Of a stretch of 64,000 bases of DNA, positions 35,918-49,688 are shown one piece after another. Each line of letters starts with the position of its first letter. Within the stretch, counting starts at the first letter, position 1. The notes beneath the pieces are model-generated. The model ran no database searches. It was given only the letters and a program-made list of their open reading frames with translations, and was not told the DNA's origin. This DNA comes from Octopus vulgaris (lineage: Eukaryota), in assembly GCA_951406725.2 (NCBI GenBank), contig OX597814.1, positions 200,136,001 through 200,200,000 of the forward strand, in the 5' to 3' direction. Made by a program: the position numbers and the translations under genes.

Positions 35918-37090
35918 TATACTCTTTTGCTAGTTCCAGTTGATTGGCTCTGTCCAGTCTTGGGTCCCACAGACAGAAAGATTACAAGGTGTTTTTAATA
36001 ATTTCCTCATAAAAAAAAAAAACCCCAGAGAAATCGTTAGATAGATATAAATTATTTCAGCTCTGACTAGTCTGTCAGCCTACCCAAGGCGAAAGTATAT
36101 CCAATTATAAAATATTCTATCAAGTGACCCATTCTTAAATTGCTTTCCTAAAATCTTACTGTCTGCTTCACATTCTTTCTCTTCAGCTGATGACTATCTC
36201 TTATTTCATCTTAATTTAGTTTTATCTAAGATGAAATTGACGTCACTTTAAACATTAGCACACAAAATTAATTAAACACTTATTGAACTTTAGATATCTA
36301 AATGATCACTTGCCAGGCAATGGCTACGTTATTTGAGTGCTGTGGGCCTATTTCACTTTGCTTTCTAAAACGGTGACTATAATGTCCAATAAAATTTACA
36401 TGAAAATCTTAGAGTTAATCCATAATTTCAATATCTAAATTTAACATACAACAAAAATATTACAATATTTTGTTTTATGGCAGGAAACACTTTAATGACA
36501 AAAATATTTCCATTTCAACTTTCAAATGTTCTGACAAATAAGATGCTTTTAAATTTTCAGTTTTGATCTTGGGAAAAAAGCCTATTTATATCTTTTATCT
36601 TTTACTTGTTCCACTCATGAGACTGAGGCCGTGCTGGGGCACTGCCTTGAAGAATTTTTAGTCAAATGAATCAACCCCAGTACTTATTTTCTTTTTAGCC
36701 TGATACCTATTATATTGGTCCCTTTAGTCTAACTACTAAGTTACAGGGGACATAAACACACCAACACCAATTTTTCAGGCAGTGATGGGGGGACAAACAC
36801 AAGGACGGACACACTTTAATATTTTGTTTCGGCATAGTAAGACCAATAACCTGGTGTAGAACTCAATATATATGTATAGTACCACTTCCATATCCATCAA
36901 CGTAAACTTTCTCTCACATAACACCAATATGTTCTGGAAATGTAACTTTCCCAAATAAAGTGCACTTCATTTTGAAGGCTTTGATGAAGCTATAGATGAT
37001 ACCCTGGTACTCAATCAGACTCCACCACATCTTACAGAAGAAACAGCTATAAACATGTGAAGTTCAATACATAACATTTGATTTTTCCAG

Positions 37091-37132
<42 letters not shown>

Positions 37133-37734
37133 TGGAGGTGCAATGCCCATTGATTAGGGCAGCGGACTCGCAGGCATAGGATTGCAGTTTCAATTCCCAG
37201 ACCGCGTGATATAAGTGTTTATAAAGCGAAAACGACCTAAAGCTCCACATATGTATATTATATATATACATATACATATATGTATATATATTTATATATA
37301 ACAGGCTTCTTTCAATTTCTACCTACCAAATCCACTTACAAGGCTTTGGTTGATCTGAAGCTATAGTAGGAGACACTCACCCAATCCAAAGTGCAACGCA
37401 GTGGGGCTGAACCCAAAACCATATAGTTGGGAAGCAAAGTTCTTACCACAATAGCCACATCTGTATCTAATATTTGATATTTTTTTCATGGACCTTTTAA
37501 AATCAAAATGAAACACATTACATTATAAATGACTTTGACTACTGACATTTTCTATGTGAAAGGACAAGACATCACAAACACCTGCAACAGTTAGGATTTG
37601 AACCATGTATGCATTGCTTGGTGAGCAACGTTATTGATTTCACTATTGAACACCTTCTACTTCCTTCTTAAATTAAATACTTTTATTCCCTTAAAATAAT
37701 TGCTTATTTACTTATCAGCTCTGTCATGTGACTT

Positions 37735-38313
37735 TTAGAGGCCCCCTGCAACGTTTTGTTTCAGGGTCCCCATCCCTTCAATCAAAATTCTTAATCTAAG
37801 CACCTTTTATTCATGGCTATATTTTATTTTATTCTATATGAAGCTCAATATCTCACGTTATCCTAAAGAACATCTTTAAAAGTACAACATGTTAAATTTA
37901 TTTAGGTCTATTACAAACTTCAACAAGTAAAACTTCCAAATATCAATAAAAGAGCACTTTTATAATCCAGGCAACTTTCAAAGTCAAACACGGCGCACTT
38001 TTCGCTTCGCAAAATCATCGATCATTACAGAATAATCAAATTGAGTTCATGTTCTATAGATATCAAAGATAATCCACAAAGTCTGGTACACGTTTGAGGT
38101 AAAATGCAATATTTCTACTAGAAGTTTTGCAGGTACAATGTATTAGCATTTTATTTCTCGAAATTTTCAGTTATAGATAGTTGAATTCTTGTTCAACATC
38201 TTAACCAAAGTAAAAAGATGACTCATCTACGTACTTTTATCTTAACATGGGGACCCTCAACCACTGAGGCTCCCTGTGACCGCAGCGGTTGCAAGGGCTT
38301 AGCGATGGTCCTG
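37735..38313 (-). mobile_element. Internally deleted hAT transposon with transposase C-terminal remnant
   Basis: Minus strand ~38085-37985 reads RLCGLSLISIEHEL../DYSVMIDDFAKRKVRRV (hAT dimerisation-domain end); GC-rich ggcccc/gggacc subterminal motifs; terminus cagg. Confidence 0.65.
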
Positions 38314-39289
38314 CTTATCATGGTATGACAGATTATACACTATCTATAAAGAATAATATCTATAACTATGCCTACTATAATAAAGTGTTTGGGTCGCATG
38401 AATTGCTCTTTTCCCCTTCAGATTATTGCTTTAAAATATTAAGAAAATATTTTACATTGAAAAATTTATTTAGTTTCATTCATAGGGTTACAAACATCAA
38501 ATTAAAGCAAGGCACTGGACACAAATGTGTTTGTGTGTGTGTGTGTGTATATATATTTATATATGCATACATACATGCACCATATACTTGTCTAACACAC
38601 ACCACACATATATATATACAGAGAGAGAGAGATACTTGTGTCCAACATATCATTATCCCCGTTATTTAACGTCCATCTCCAGTTGGAGCTTGACAAAGAT
38701 CCAATGCATACAAGGTCTGCATTGTGCTCCTGTGCCTCCTTTGCCATGGTTTCTATGGCTGGATGTCCTTCCTAGCACCAACCACTTCACAGTATGTACT
38801 GGGTACTTTTCTTATTTGTAACACTGGTGCTATTAAGGTCACCATGTAACTCACAAATCAACAGACCCAGGGAAAGAGAGAGTGAGTGGTGCTCAATTTT
38901 GGAGGTGACAAGAATGGTAGTTGTAGTGTAGAAATGTTGACAGTGGGGGAAAAGAGAGATATGATGTGTTTTGGTAGGCAGCAAGAGCAGAGTTGATAAA
39001 CAAATGGGTTTAATGCATGAGGAGAGATAATTTGGTCATCTAAGAAGGGGGGAGATGGCCACTGTACACATGTGGGTGTGAAGAACGATATTAATAGATG
39101 AAGAATGGCTAACAAGCGTGATGGTTCTGGGTAACAAGATAGAAAAGTGGTATTTGGATGTGGGGGGAAGAGCTGTAATAGATGGTGTTGGGGTGGAGGG
39201 CAACATAAGATAAAAACTGATTGATTGAGGTGCTCATATATATAGGCACACAAAGTGTATATACTTGTATTCAACATGTACATGCACAC

Positions 39290-39335
39290 ATATGTATATA
39301 TATATATATATACACACATACACACACACATATAT

Positions 39336-39366
<31 letters not shown>

Positions 39367-39593
39367 CATATATATATACACACACACACACATATATATA
39401 CACACACACACATATATATACACACACACACACATATATACACACACACACACACACATATATACACACACACACATATATACACACACACACACACATA
39501 TATACACACACACACACATATATACACACACACACACATATATACACACACACACACACATATATACACACACACACACACACATATATACAC

Positions 39594-39624
<31 letters not shown>

Positions 39625-39668
39625 GATAGATAGATAGATAGATAAATAGATACACAAACATGTGTATT

Positions 39669-39726
<58 letters not shown>

Positions 39727-39790
39727 CACAAACACGTGTATTTACGAATATATATATATATATATGTATATGGAATTACACATATATATA
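39290..39790. repeat. Compound (CA)n(TA)n minisatellite-like array with (TAGA)n
   Basis: Repeating ~18-24-nt (CA)n(TA)3-4 units; source of seven spurious ORFs. Confidence 0.95.
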
Positions 39791-40302
39791 TAGCCTATCC
39801 TGCTACATTAACTGTCCAATTATATTGTGGAGATTAATATAGCACATTTAAGAAATATCAGAAAAATAGATTTAAGCATCTAATTGAGAGGCCGGGAGTG
39901 GCATGTGGTGTGTTGTGTAATTGGCAATGTGGTCACCCAGCAAGTAATACGTGCAGGGTTTGATCCTTCGCATAACATCTGTTGCTTTGTATTCCCTAAG
40001 TTGGAGCTTGTAATGTCTGAAATCATTAGAATTACATCACACACATTTTTTAAAGATGTTGTGTATATAATAATAAAACTAATGTTAGCTGAATGGTAAA
40101 GGCGTCTGCTTCACAGTTGCAAGGGCTCCAGTTCAATCCCTCCACAGGGCATTTTTTTTATCTATCTCTGAAAGTGAACCCAAACTTTGGGAGTGAAATG
40201 GAGGAGCTGGAAACTATGGAATTTCATTGGATGAATTTTAACTGTAATTCGAAAGTTCAGTCTTGTCTCATACTGTCACACTGAAAATGCCCAAGAACAA
40301 AA

Positions 40303-40702
40303 GGTGGTGAGCTGGCAGAAACGTTAGCACACCAGGCAAAATGCTTAGTGGTATTTCGTCTGCTGTTACGTCCTAAGTTCAAATTCCGCCGAGGTCGACT
40401 TTGCCTTTCATCTTTTCAGGGTCGATAAATTAAGTACCAGTTATGCACTGGGGTCGATGTAATCGACTTAATCCGTTTGTCTGTCCTTGTTTGTTCCTTC
40501 TGTGTTTAGCCCCTAGTAGGTAGTAAAGAATTAGGTATTTCGTCAGCCGCTACGTTCTGAGTTCAAATTCCGCCTGTCATCCATTCAGGGTCGATAAATT
40601 AAGTACCAGTTATGCACTGGGGTCGATGTAATCAACTTAATCCATTTGTCTGTCCTTGTTTGTCCCCTCTGTGTTTAGCCCCTTGTGGGTAGTAAAGAAA
40701 TA
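40303..40702 (+). mobile_element. SINE family B with partial tandem duplication
   Basis: Full copy 40303-40533 followed by a 5'-truncated repeat 40534-40702. Confidence 0.85.
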
Positions 40703-41878
40703 TATGCCCGATAACAAATAAGGTTTGCATATGTTTAAGGAATACTCAACCAGTTAATTTATCAAGGATGTAATTCAATAAATCAAAAATTATTTAAATT
40801 GAGGGAAACTCGTTTTTTTTTTTTCTTTTTTGATATTTCCTTTATTTAACAAATGGCAACTGGAAGACTTCAAAATCTACAGAAGAAAGCCATCATCATT
40901 TTTATTTATTAAAGAACAGATCAATCAAATAATTCTTTGTATTTTACATCCCATGTTTTGAATATATATATTGTCAACTATATGAAAACTATAACTTCGT
41001 AAATAACACCACACAATGACATTTGTAAAAGATAATTAACTATTCCAAGATTGCAATGAAAATGCTAAAGATAATTCTCAATGAAAGCTTTGGTAAAAGA
41101 TTATTATTATCGTTAGTGTCGGCCTGATCATGAAAAATAAGAAAAATGAATATCTTAAGTTTAGTTCCTATAAAAAAATTAAAAAATCAATGACTACAAG
41201 TAAGATTCTAAAAATATAACATTTAGAGCACAATATGAGGATTATTATGTGATTAGACATGAACATAAGTGTTTGTACTATTAAATTCACAAAATAAATA
41301 TCAAAATATATTGCCATATTACTAAAAAAAAAAAAAATAAATAAATGATAATAGTAATTTCATGGCAGTAGACAGTAAAGAGCAGCAATAATTTAAACTG
41401 AGGAAAATTTTGAAACTTTTTAAACAAAGCACAAAATGAAAATTCGTCACAATTTATAAAACTTCCACTGTCTCAGTCTTACAAGAATAGCATATTTTAT
41501 CATCATCATCATTTAACATCTGTTTTCTATGCTAGCATGGGTCGGATGATTTGACCGGAGCTGGCATCAGGTTCCATAGTCTGGTTTGGCTTGGTTTCTA
41601 CAGCTGGATGCTCTTCCTAATGCCAACCACTTATAGACTGTACTGAGTGCTTTTTACATGGCACCACCACCAATACTTTTTACGTGGCAGCAGCACCAGT
41701 ACTTTTAAAGTGGTATCAGCACCAGAGATTTTTACAAATGCTTTTTATGTGGCACAAGCATATCAGACCCCTTCCCTTCCAATTTTAGCAGTGCATATAC
41801 AGAAAATAGTTTTTAGTGCATTGACACTTTTAGCTTTCAGATTACTCTGTCAAATGTTATGCTTTCTTTATTCACCTT

Positions 41879-42450
41879 ATCATCATCATCATTTAGCGTC
41901 CGCTTTCCATGCTACCATGGGTTGGACAGTTTGACAGAGGCTTGGCAAGCCTAGAAGCTGTACCAAGCTCCAATCTGATCTGGCAAGGTTTCTACAGCTG
42001 GATGCCCTTTCTAACGCCAACCACTCTGAGAGTGTAGGTGTTTTTCCCGTGCTGGTGGCACAGGATCCAGTCACAGGGCACTAGCACTAACCATGTTCAG
42101 ATGATGCTTTTTACATGCCACCAACAAAGAAACCAGCCATGCAGCACTAGCCATGGCTATGGTTTCAATTTTGATTTTACTTGCCTCAACAGGTCTTCTC
42201 AAGCGTATCATATCATCCAATGCTTCACAGGGTACTTTTAAATAGGCCGATCATGCCGGGTCTTCTTAACCACAGCATATCTCCAGAGGTCTCAGTCTCT
42301 TGTCATTGCCTTTGTGAGGCCCAACATTTGAAGGTCATGCTTCACCACCAAATCCCATGTCTTCCTGGGTCTACCTCTTCCACAGGTTCCTTCTACTGTT
42401 AGGGTGTGGCACTTCTTCACACAGCTGTCCTCATCCATACATAACACACG
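41879..42450 (-). mobile_element. 5'-truncated RTE LINE (ORF end plus 3' UTR)
   Basis: Minus strand MDEDSCVKKCHTLTVEGTCGRGRPRKTWDLVVKHDLQMLGLTKAMTRD matches the C-terminus of the ORF at 53443-54522; (GAT)n tail. Confidence 0.9.
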
Positions 42451-43139
42451 TTTTGAATTAATCATGCATTATTTCGTACCTTTAAGATTTTGATGTCTAA
42501 ATATATATTTTTAGAATGACATTGTAGGGTAGGTGTAAGCCGTTAGATCTGGCCAGTTCAAACATAAAACAGATAGACTATTTATTTAAATGCTAACAAG
42601 TAATACAGGCTCAATTTCACATTTAGGATGTAGGAGGAATTTTTAAGAGATTTCTTTTGAAAAACAAAGTGCATCTTATATGATGACAAATATGGCATAT
42701 TGTTATATGAACTCTAAAAGGAATTAGAAAACTAAAAATCTTTGATCAAATTTAAGAAAGGAGATTCACAAACAGCTTTTAATTCCTTTCAACAATCACC
42801 GCTAATTAACTTCATCTTAAGTATTTTTATTTGGACATGATTGATGGCCAGTATAATGTGGGCGTAGAGAACAATATTAATAGATGAAGAATGGCTAACA
42901 AGTGAGATGGTTCTGGATAACAAGAAGGAAGTGGTATCAGGACTGGGGAAGAGCTAAGTTGCGAGATATGTGGAGGTGGAGCAATGTGAGTACGGGGACT
43001 GACTAATTGATTAAATGAGGGGTCCCTGTATACCAGCATGACTTGACCATTTTTGTCTCTCCCCATCTATCTTCTTCATAGGAAAGCATAGGCTTCAAAT
43101 ATTAATGACTTTTTCCATTTTCCCAGAGTTTTAAATAAA

Positions 43140-43525
43140 TATATACCCTGTTTGCTGTTCTCTCCCAGCTCAAAGGGCGAGCCCCGTTCAATGCTTGGGT
43201 CAAGGCATAGAACACAACCTCCATTATCAGCAGCGGGGCCTGGCAGCAAATGCTGGTTTAACCCAACTGAATCATGCTGGTTCTGTACTCCTTTGAGCAA
43301 CATCAAAATTCCCTCATCCGTCCAAGCTTTCCTATTATTTATAAACTCTCTTACCTCTCTCACTCCAACACCTCCAACCACCAAAGCTTTCCTCACTCCA
43401 TCCATCCACACAAGCCGAGGCCTGCCTCTGATTCTGCTGTCTACCACTTCTGCCTCTTTACCATCTGCTCCTCATCCTTCCTCTGCATGTGGCCAAACCA
43501 CCTCAACATTTGTCTTTCCAATTTG
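43140..43525 (-). mobile_element. 3' end of a second RTE-type LINE family
   Basis: Minus strand ..WFGHMQRKDEE..RIRGRPRLVWMDGVRKAL..NRKAW, typical RTE C-terminus, with a different 3' UTR. Confidence 0.7.
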
Positions 43526-43899
43526 GTTACTCTTTTACTTATTTCAGTCATTTGACTGCGTCCATGCTGGAGCACCACCTTAGCTGAGCAAATCGACCCT
43601 AGAACTTATTCTCTGTAAGCCTAGTACTTGTTCTATCGGTCTCTTGTGCAGGACCACTAAGTTACGGGGACGTAAACACACCAGAGATGCTGGGGGGGGA
43701 CAAACACAGGCACACAAACGTATACATATATATACGACGGACTTCTTTCAGTTTCCATCTGCCAAATCCACCCACAAGGCTTTGGTTGGCCCGAGGCTAT
43801 AGTAGAAGACACTTGCCCAGGGTGCCACGCAGTGGGGCTGAACCCAGAACCATGTGGTTGGTAAGCAAGCTACTTACCACACAGTCACTCCTGCGCCTA
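43526..43899 (-). mobile_element. SINE family A, full length
   Basis: Reverse-complement match. Confidence 0.9.
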
Positions 43900-44998
43900 T
43901 CGTTAGTTTTTCTTTCACATCATTGCATTGTTGTCTTATCTTTTGTATTTTTGGACTAAATATCTATATATTATATAATTTAATGAACTTATTGTGTACA
44001 GTGCTCGGGTGCACTACAACTCAGGAAAAGTAGCCAAAATGCATGAATAGTACGTAGAAAAATGCACAGGAAGTTGAACAGTAAATGAATCATTAAAAGA
44101 AATTTAAAATAAACGGCTTGAGGGGGGTACTTCAGGTGTACTGTTGGCAAATTTCAGGAACCATGGAAGTTTTGAAGAATGTAGGAATTTGTGTGTGTGT
44201 GTGTGATATTAACATTAAAAATATTTCAATATTTGCAGTTAAAAAAAAAAATGATTTGCAGATTTAAACCACCTCCAAGAAAATTTATTTTTGTATATGA
44301 TACCTAAAGCACGTGGAGATGAACAAAAATCAAAACCAAGAGCAAATATAAATATTTTTGTAGATGTAAAATGTTAAATGGTTTTTTTTTGTTTTGGCTT
44401 TTAAAGAATTTGTAATTTGTAATCTCATTTTATCTCTATTCATGAAATATAGAATACAATAATTGTAATTTTTATATTTTACTGTTGATATTTAGTTTAA
44501 ATTCACAACAATCTTGTTGTAAATGCATATTTCTTTCAAAGTTATTGATTTGTTGCCTTTATGTCGGAAAATAATCAATGAGAATGAAGGGAAGAACAGA
44601 GTGAGTGAAAGAGAGTGAGAGAGGAGGAGAGAGAAAGAAGAGAGTCAGAGTGAGAGAGAGAGAGAGAGATTCTAGGTTGTGGCTTGGACTCCAGCTTTGT
44701 TTTACATCACAGTTATACTCTGTAGTACTTCTGTAAATCTCCAATCACCATTAATATCCCTGGAAAAAAAGTTTAAAGTATCAAATGGCCAGTGCTATAT
44801 GATACTAAGGGATTCTGTAGAATAACCAAGCTGAAAGTGCTGAGAGGAAATGAAGGGTGATAGATATTGTCAGAGCTGAGAATCCCTCCGGAAAATGAAT
44901 GAAGTAATTGATACTGTACTGAAGAAATAGGGAAGATTGGGTTTGACACAGAAAAAATGGTTAGCACCGAAATTAATCAAGATATTTATTTCTTTAAT

Positions 44999-45120
44999 AC
45001 AGTTCTATATTTAAGAGATGAGGAATTATGTATATTATTTACATTTGACGGGCATGTGGCATAGTGGTTAAGAGTGCGGACTACTAACCCCAAAATTCCA
45101 AGTTCAATTCCAGGAAGTCA

Positions 45121-45165
<45 letters not shown>

Positions 45166-45387
45166 TGATGATAATAATGATCATGATGATAATAATAATA
45201 ATAATAATGATAACAACAACATCAAAAAATACCTTAGGAATGAGAACCCAGGTTTGAAATTTTCCCAAGACACCTAATGAAGAAACGTGTTAACAACAAA
45301 CAAGATGAGGATAAATATCCGTCTGAAATGGTGTGTTAACAACAAACAAGATGAGGACAAATATCAAATCAAATGTAAATAATATAA
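44999..45387 (+). mobile_element. SINE family C with short inverted 5' tail copy
   Basis: 45000-45051 is the reverse complement of the family 3' terminus; head from ~45050; stem II of HHR deleted; flanked by aagatatttatttcttta / aaggtatttatttcttta (TSD-like). Confidence 0.8.
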
Positions 45388-46665
45388 AAGGTATTTATTT
45401 CTTTATTGCCCACAAGGAGATAAACATAGAGGGGACAAACAAGGACAGACAAAGGGATTAAGTCAACTACAGTGACCCCAGTGCATAACTGGTACTTATT
45501 AATCGACCCTGAAAGGATGAAAGGCAAAGTTGACCTCAGGAAGATTTGTCATTTTTGAGGCATAAAAACAATCAGCAAAGCTAAGGTGAATGGGCAGAAT
45601 GCAAGTTAATTATTCCTATCAGGATATTTTATAGAAGAATCCGAAAACCATAAATAGTAGAATTGGAGTGACACTGATGGCCTTCCATAGCAGCAAAGGG
45701 TACTCAATCTCAAAACTTATTGTAGTAACTTGCAAGTTATTCTTGGTAGAAAACATCTCGCTGGCAGCACAACCATATTCTACAAGAAAGCATATCCAAC
45801 AGCTTTCCAAAGGAATGGTGGAAAAACACAGTGTAGATCAGGCCTGGCCAACTCCAATTACATTGTAAGTGTGGATACGATACATACATGAGAAAATAAA
45901 AAAACAAAGCAACCTGAACTGGGAATGAAGAAAATGTCACCCTAAATCACTTGTAACATAAAATAATTGCAGCAGCTGGTCTTAGATTGACATGGAAACT
46001 TCATGGAAGCCTCAACATTGTAGTTAACAGCTGAGAGTAGCTTTTTCAACGAGTGTGTAGCTTGATTGACAATGGTAGCCAATAGCAAAAGACCTGCTGC
46101 TGAGGAGAAGCAGTCATTCCTTAAAGTATTTCAACTGACATACCTTTCCATATATGCCCTACAAGTAGGAGAAAATCTCTGGCAAAGATAGACTTTATCA
46201 GCCACTTCTGGTCCCACCAAACCAATAGAAAATAATGCTAAGTCTGTGTCATCTTTGACAGTAAAGGACAATCAACATATGCACACAGATGGACAGAACT
46301 GAAATGGCCTTTTATTTTTATATGACCTTTCTCCCATGCTCAGATCGGTTCAATGAACATATTATTGAGGTATTGTTTTCCAGCTGGATGCCTTTCCTGT
46401 AACTGACCCTTGTGACTGCTTGTAATTTATCGACATTTGGAGAAGTGCAAATATAAACACACATGCAAACACTGATGCACACACACACACACGGTGACAC
46501 ATCATACACTTGCCATTCAGAGTCAAAGATGACTCAGTAACATGTAGCATGCATTCCCTAATTGTATTAAGGCCCCTGTGTAGTCCTGATCATACAAAAG
46601 ACACCCGCTTGGCATCCCACCCTTGATCCAGTGAAACACCTAAGATGTGACGATAGGAGAAAGAG

Positions 46666-46885
46666 GGCGGTGAGCTGGCAGAAACGTTAGCACGCCAGGT
46701 GAAATGCTTAGCGGTATTTCGTCTCTCTTTATGTTCTCCGTTCAAATTCTGCCGAGGACGACTTTGCCTTTCATCCTTTCGGGGGTCAATAAATTAAGTA
46801 CCAGTTGTGTACTGAGGTAAATTTAATCGACTGGCTCTTCCTCCCACCAAAAATTTTGAACCTTGTGCCTGGAGTAGAAAAGAAT
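46666..46885 (+). mobile_element. SINE family B
   Basis: ggcggtgagctggcagaaacgttagc head and Meta-like core. Confidence 0.85.
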
Positions 46886-47334
46886 AGAAGAAAGAGAAAA
46901 AAAAACTACATCAGTACTTGGCTGGTACTCAAATCAGCTGAGTTGACTGGAATGAGGTGAAATAAAGTATCTTGCTCAAAGGCATAACCATATGCCACCC
47001 AATTCAGGAATGGAACTCACAAACTTCTAGTCATGTAACCAAATGTATGTGTTCGTATGTGTGTGAATATGCATACATAGGTATGAGTATGTGAAGCTGT
47101 ATGTATGTGCAAACTAAATGGCCTGTGGAACTACCCTGTATATTAAAAAAGTTAGCATTATGAAACCATAATAGTTTGTTTGGCTAAATGCATTATCTCT
47201 ATAACGTTAGATTAGATTATAAATGAAACTTTAAATAGTGTGTAGGTGGTGCCATAAAAGTAATGTACTTGGAAATCTGAATTCAATTCTGTCCCAGCTC
47301 ATACATTTTCTTTCATTATATTTCAGTTCATATA

Positions 47335-47471
47335 TATATATATATGTATATGTGTATATGTATACATGTATATGTGTATATGTATATGTATATATGTATG
47401 TATGTATGTGTGTATATGCATGTGTGTATATGTATGCATGTGTGTATATGTATGTATGTGTGTATATATAT

Positions 47472-47502
<31 letters not shown>

Positions 47503-47540
47503 TGTATGTGTATATGTATGTGTGTGTATGTATATATATT
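47335..47540. repeat. (TATG)n/(TA)n/(TG)n microsatellite array
   Basis: Directly visible. Confidence 0.95.
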
Positions 47541-47862
47541 ATCAGTGAAAATACATGTAATAATTATGTTCTCTGAGTTACCAACTTCAATTGGGTATGT
47601 GTGTATGTGCGTGTGTGAGAGAGAGAAAGAAAGAGAGAGTATAATCTCATGAGTGCGTGTGTGGTAGATATAGATAGTCTTTCATTACACTGTAACTGTC
47701 TACAGATGTCTAAACACATCAGTAACAAGCATGTCAAATCAACAAGTTCGCGTCTTTATGATTGCTTGGCCTACTAGAAATAACAGCCAAATCTCCTGCA
47801 ACTAACTCTCTCTCTCCACACATACACACACACACACACATGCATGCACAGATGGTTTAGAC

Positions 47863-48164
47863 CAGTAGTTCCCAAAGTAGGTGGTACGACCCCACTGGGG
47901 GCGGTGGAAAGATCCAGGGGGTGTTGAAGAAAAATGGGGTGACCAAAACAGGGCAAGGAATGTAAAAAAACCCCGAAAAAACAAAGAAAGTAAAGAGTTA
48001 ATTAGATTAAGTTTTATTTGTGAAAGACTGTTGTTTTGAACTTGATGCAGAAAATGGTCTCTGTCTGTGATGGTTAGTTTGGTGGTTGTGGGGAGGAAGG
48101 GGTCACTAGGAATGTGACCTTAGAACCAAAGGGGCAGCAGCCTGAAAAAGTTTGGGAACCACTG
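47863..48164. mobile_element. hAT (Charlie-like) MITE
   Basis: TIR cagtagttcccaaa / tttgggaaccactg; 8-bp TSD gtttagac / atttagac. Confidence 0.85.
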
Positions 48165-48477
48165 ATTTAGACTGCTGATTATGTGTTCAACACTATAGTT
48201 AATATGACAATAGTTTATAGTGTTGGCTGGTACTCAAGTCAGCTGAGTTGACTGGAATGAGGTGAAATAAAGTATTTTGCTCAAAGGCACAACCATATGC
48301 CACCCAATTCTGGAATGGAACTCACAGACTTCTGGTCATGTACCAGTATATGTATAGTTCAACACTATAAACTGTTGTCATATTAAATATATAATACACA
48401 TATTTCATATTTAACTTACATCTCTCAAGAGATTGTTATTAAAAAGAATTACAAATATAACTTTGTGTGTGTGAGAC

Positions 48478-48508
<31 letters not shown>

Positions 48509-49280
48509 CAGACAGAGATAGACAGGTACTTGCTCAACTCATTTTAAAGTAAAAAGATAAAAATCATAATGGTTGATTCCATAAAAAATAATTTTTTTTC
48601 TCCCATACTAGTTTGGGTGATATCATTTTCTATGGTTTTGATATTTCGTTCTCAGAACAACTATTTTTATAGGTGGATAGCCTTTCCACAAATATCTTCG
48701 CATCTGTAAAGTATGAGAGAACCTTTTGTTAAACAATCCGAATGAAGCAAGCTTTGTCTAATGCCTTGCCCATAGACACAAAACAATGTCTATGCCTGAT
48801 GGCCATTTCTCACTCGGAAACATTCTTCTCCTTCCTTTATTCTCTATGGTTTCACTATCCTAAAATAGTTTAGTTTGTAGACACGTTTCAAATACAAAAG
48901 GTGGTTAACCGTATGCTATAACGTATTGTATTCTTTAATATATGAATTTTTATTCGTTGTTTTCTCTCTGGAAGTATTAAAACCTTACAACTGGGATGTA
49001 CTGTTAAACAGGATGTTATACATAAAAAACATATGGAGAATGGTGAATTACCGTGTATCAACCTTGAATTGCTTTCCTGCCAACATGACAACCACAACTA
49101 TTTGTATAACCCAGATCCTCCCATGCACTGTACACCCTCGCATCCGTGTTAAACACAAATGCAGTCGATGAAGATACTTCTAGGATGTAGCAGTTGCAGA
49201 TCTATGACATATGTTGTGCTGTGTTGCTCTGGAATTTAACTCCTTATCTGGGTTTTTCTAGAAATCAATGTATAACATAG

Positions 49281-49450
49281 TCACAGGAGTGGCTGTGTGG
49301 TAAGTAGCTTGCTTACCAACCATATGGTTCTGAGTTCAGTCCCACTGTGTGGCACCTTGGGCAAGTGCCTTCTACTATAGCCTCGGGCCGACCAAAGCCT
49401 TGTGAGTGGCTTTGGTAGACGGAAACTGAAAGAAGCCCATCGTATATATG

Positions 49451-49507
<57 letters not shown>

Positions 49508-49688
49508 ATATGTTTGTGTGTCTTTGTTGTGCCTCCAACATCGCTTCACAGTCGATGCTGCAAAAGAGACCGATAGAATAAGTACTAAGCTTACAAAGAA
49601 TAAGTCCTAGGGTCGATTTGCTTGACTAAAGGTAGTGCTCCAGCATGGCCGCAGTCAAATGACTGAAACAAGTAAAAGAGTAAAGAGT
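49281..49688 (+). mobile_element. SINE family A
   Basis: Near full-length match. Confidence 0.9.

Noticed and set aside
45125-45220. Poly-Asn/Asp ORF (45074-45277)
   Set aside because: It is the expanded (TAA)n linker of a family C SINE.
45600-46300. Coding-like composition with short ORFs
   Set aside because: Multiple stops and no motif I can identify; probably an old transposon fragment.
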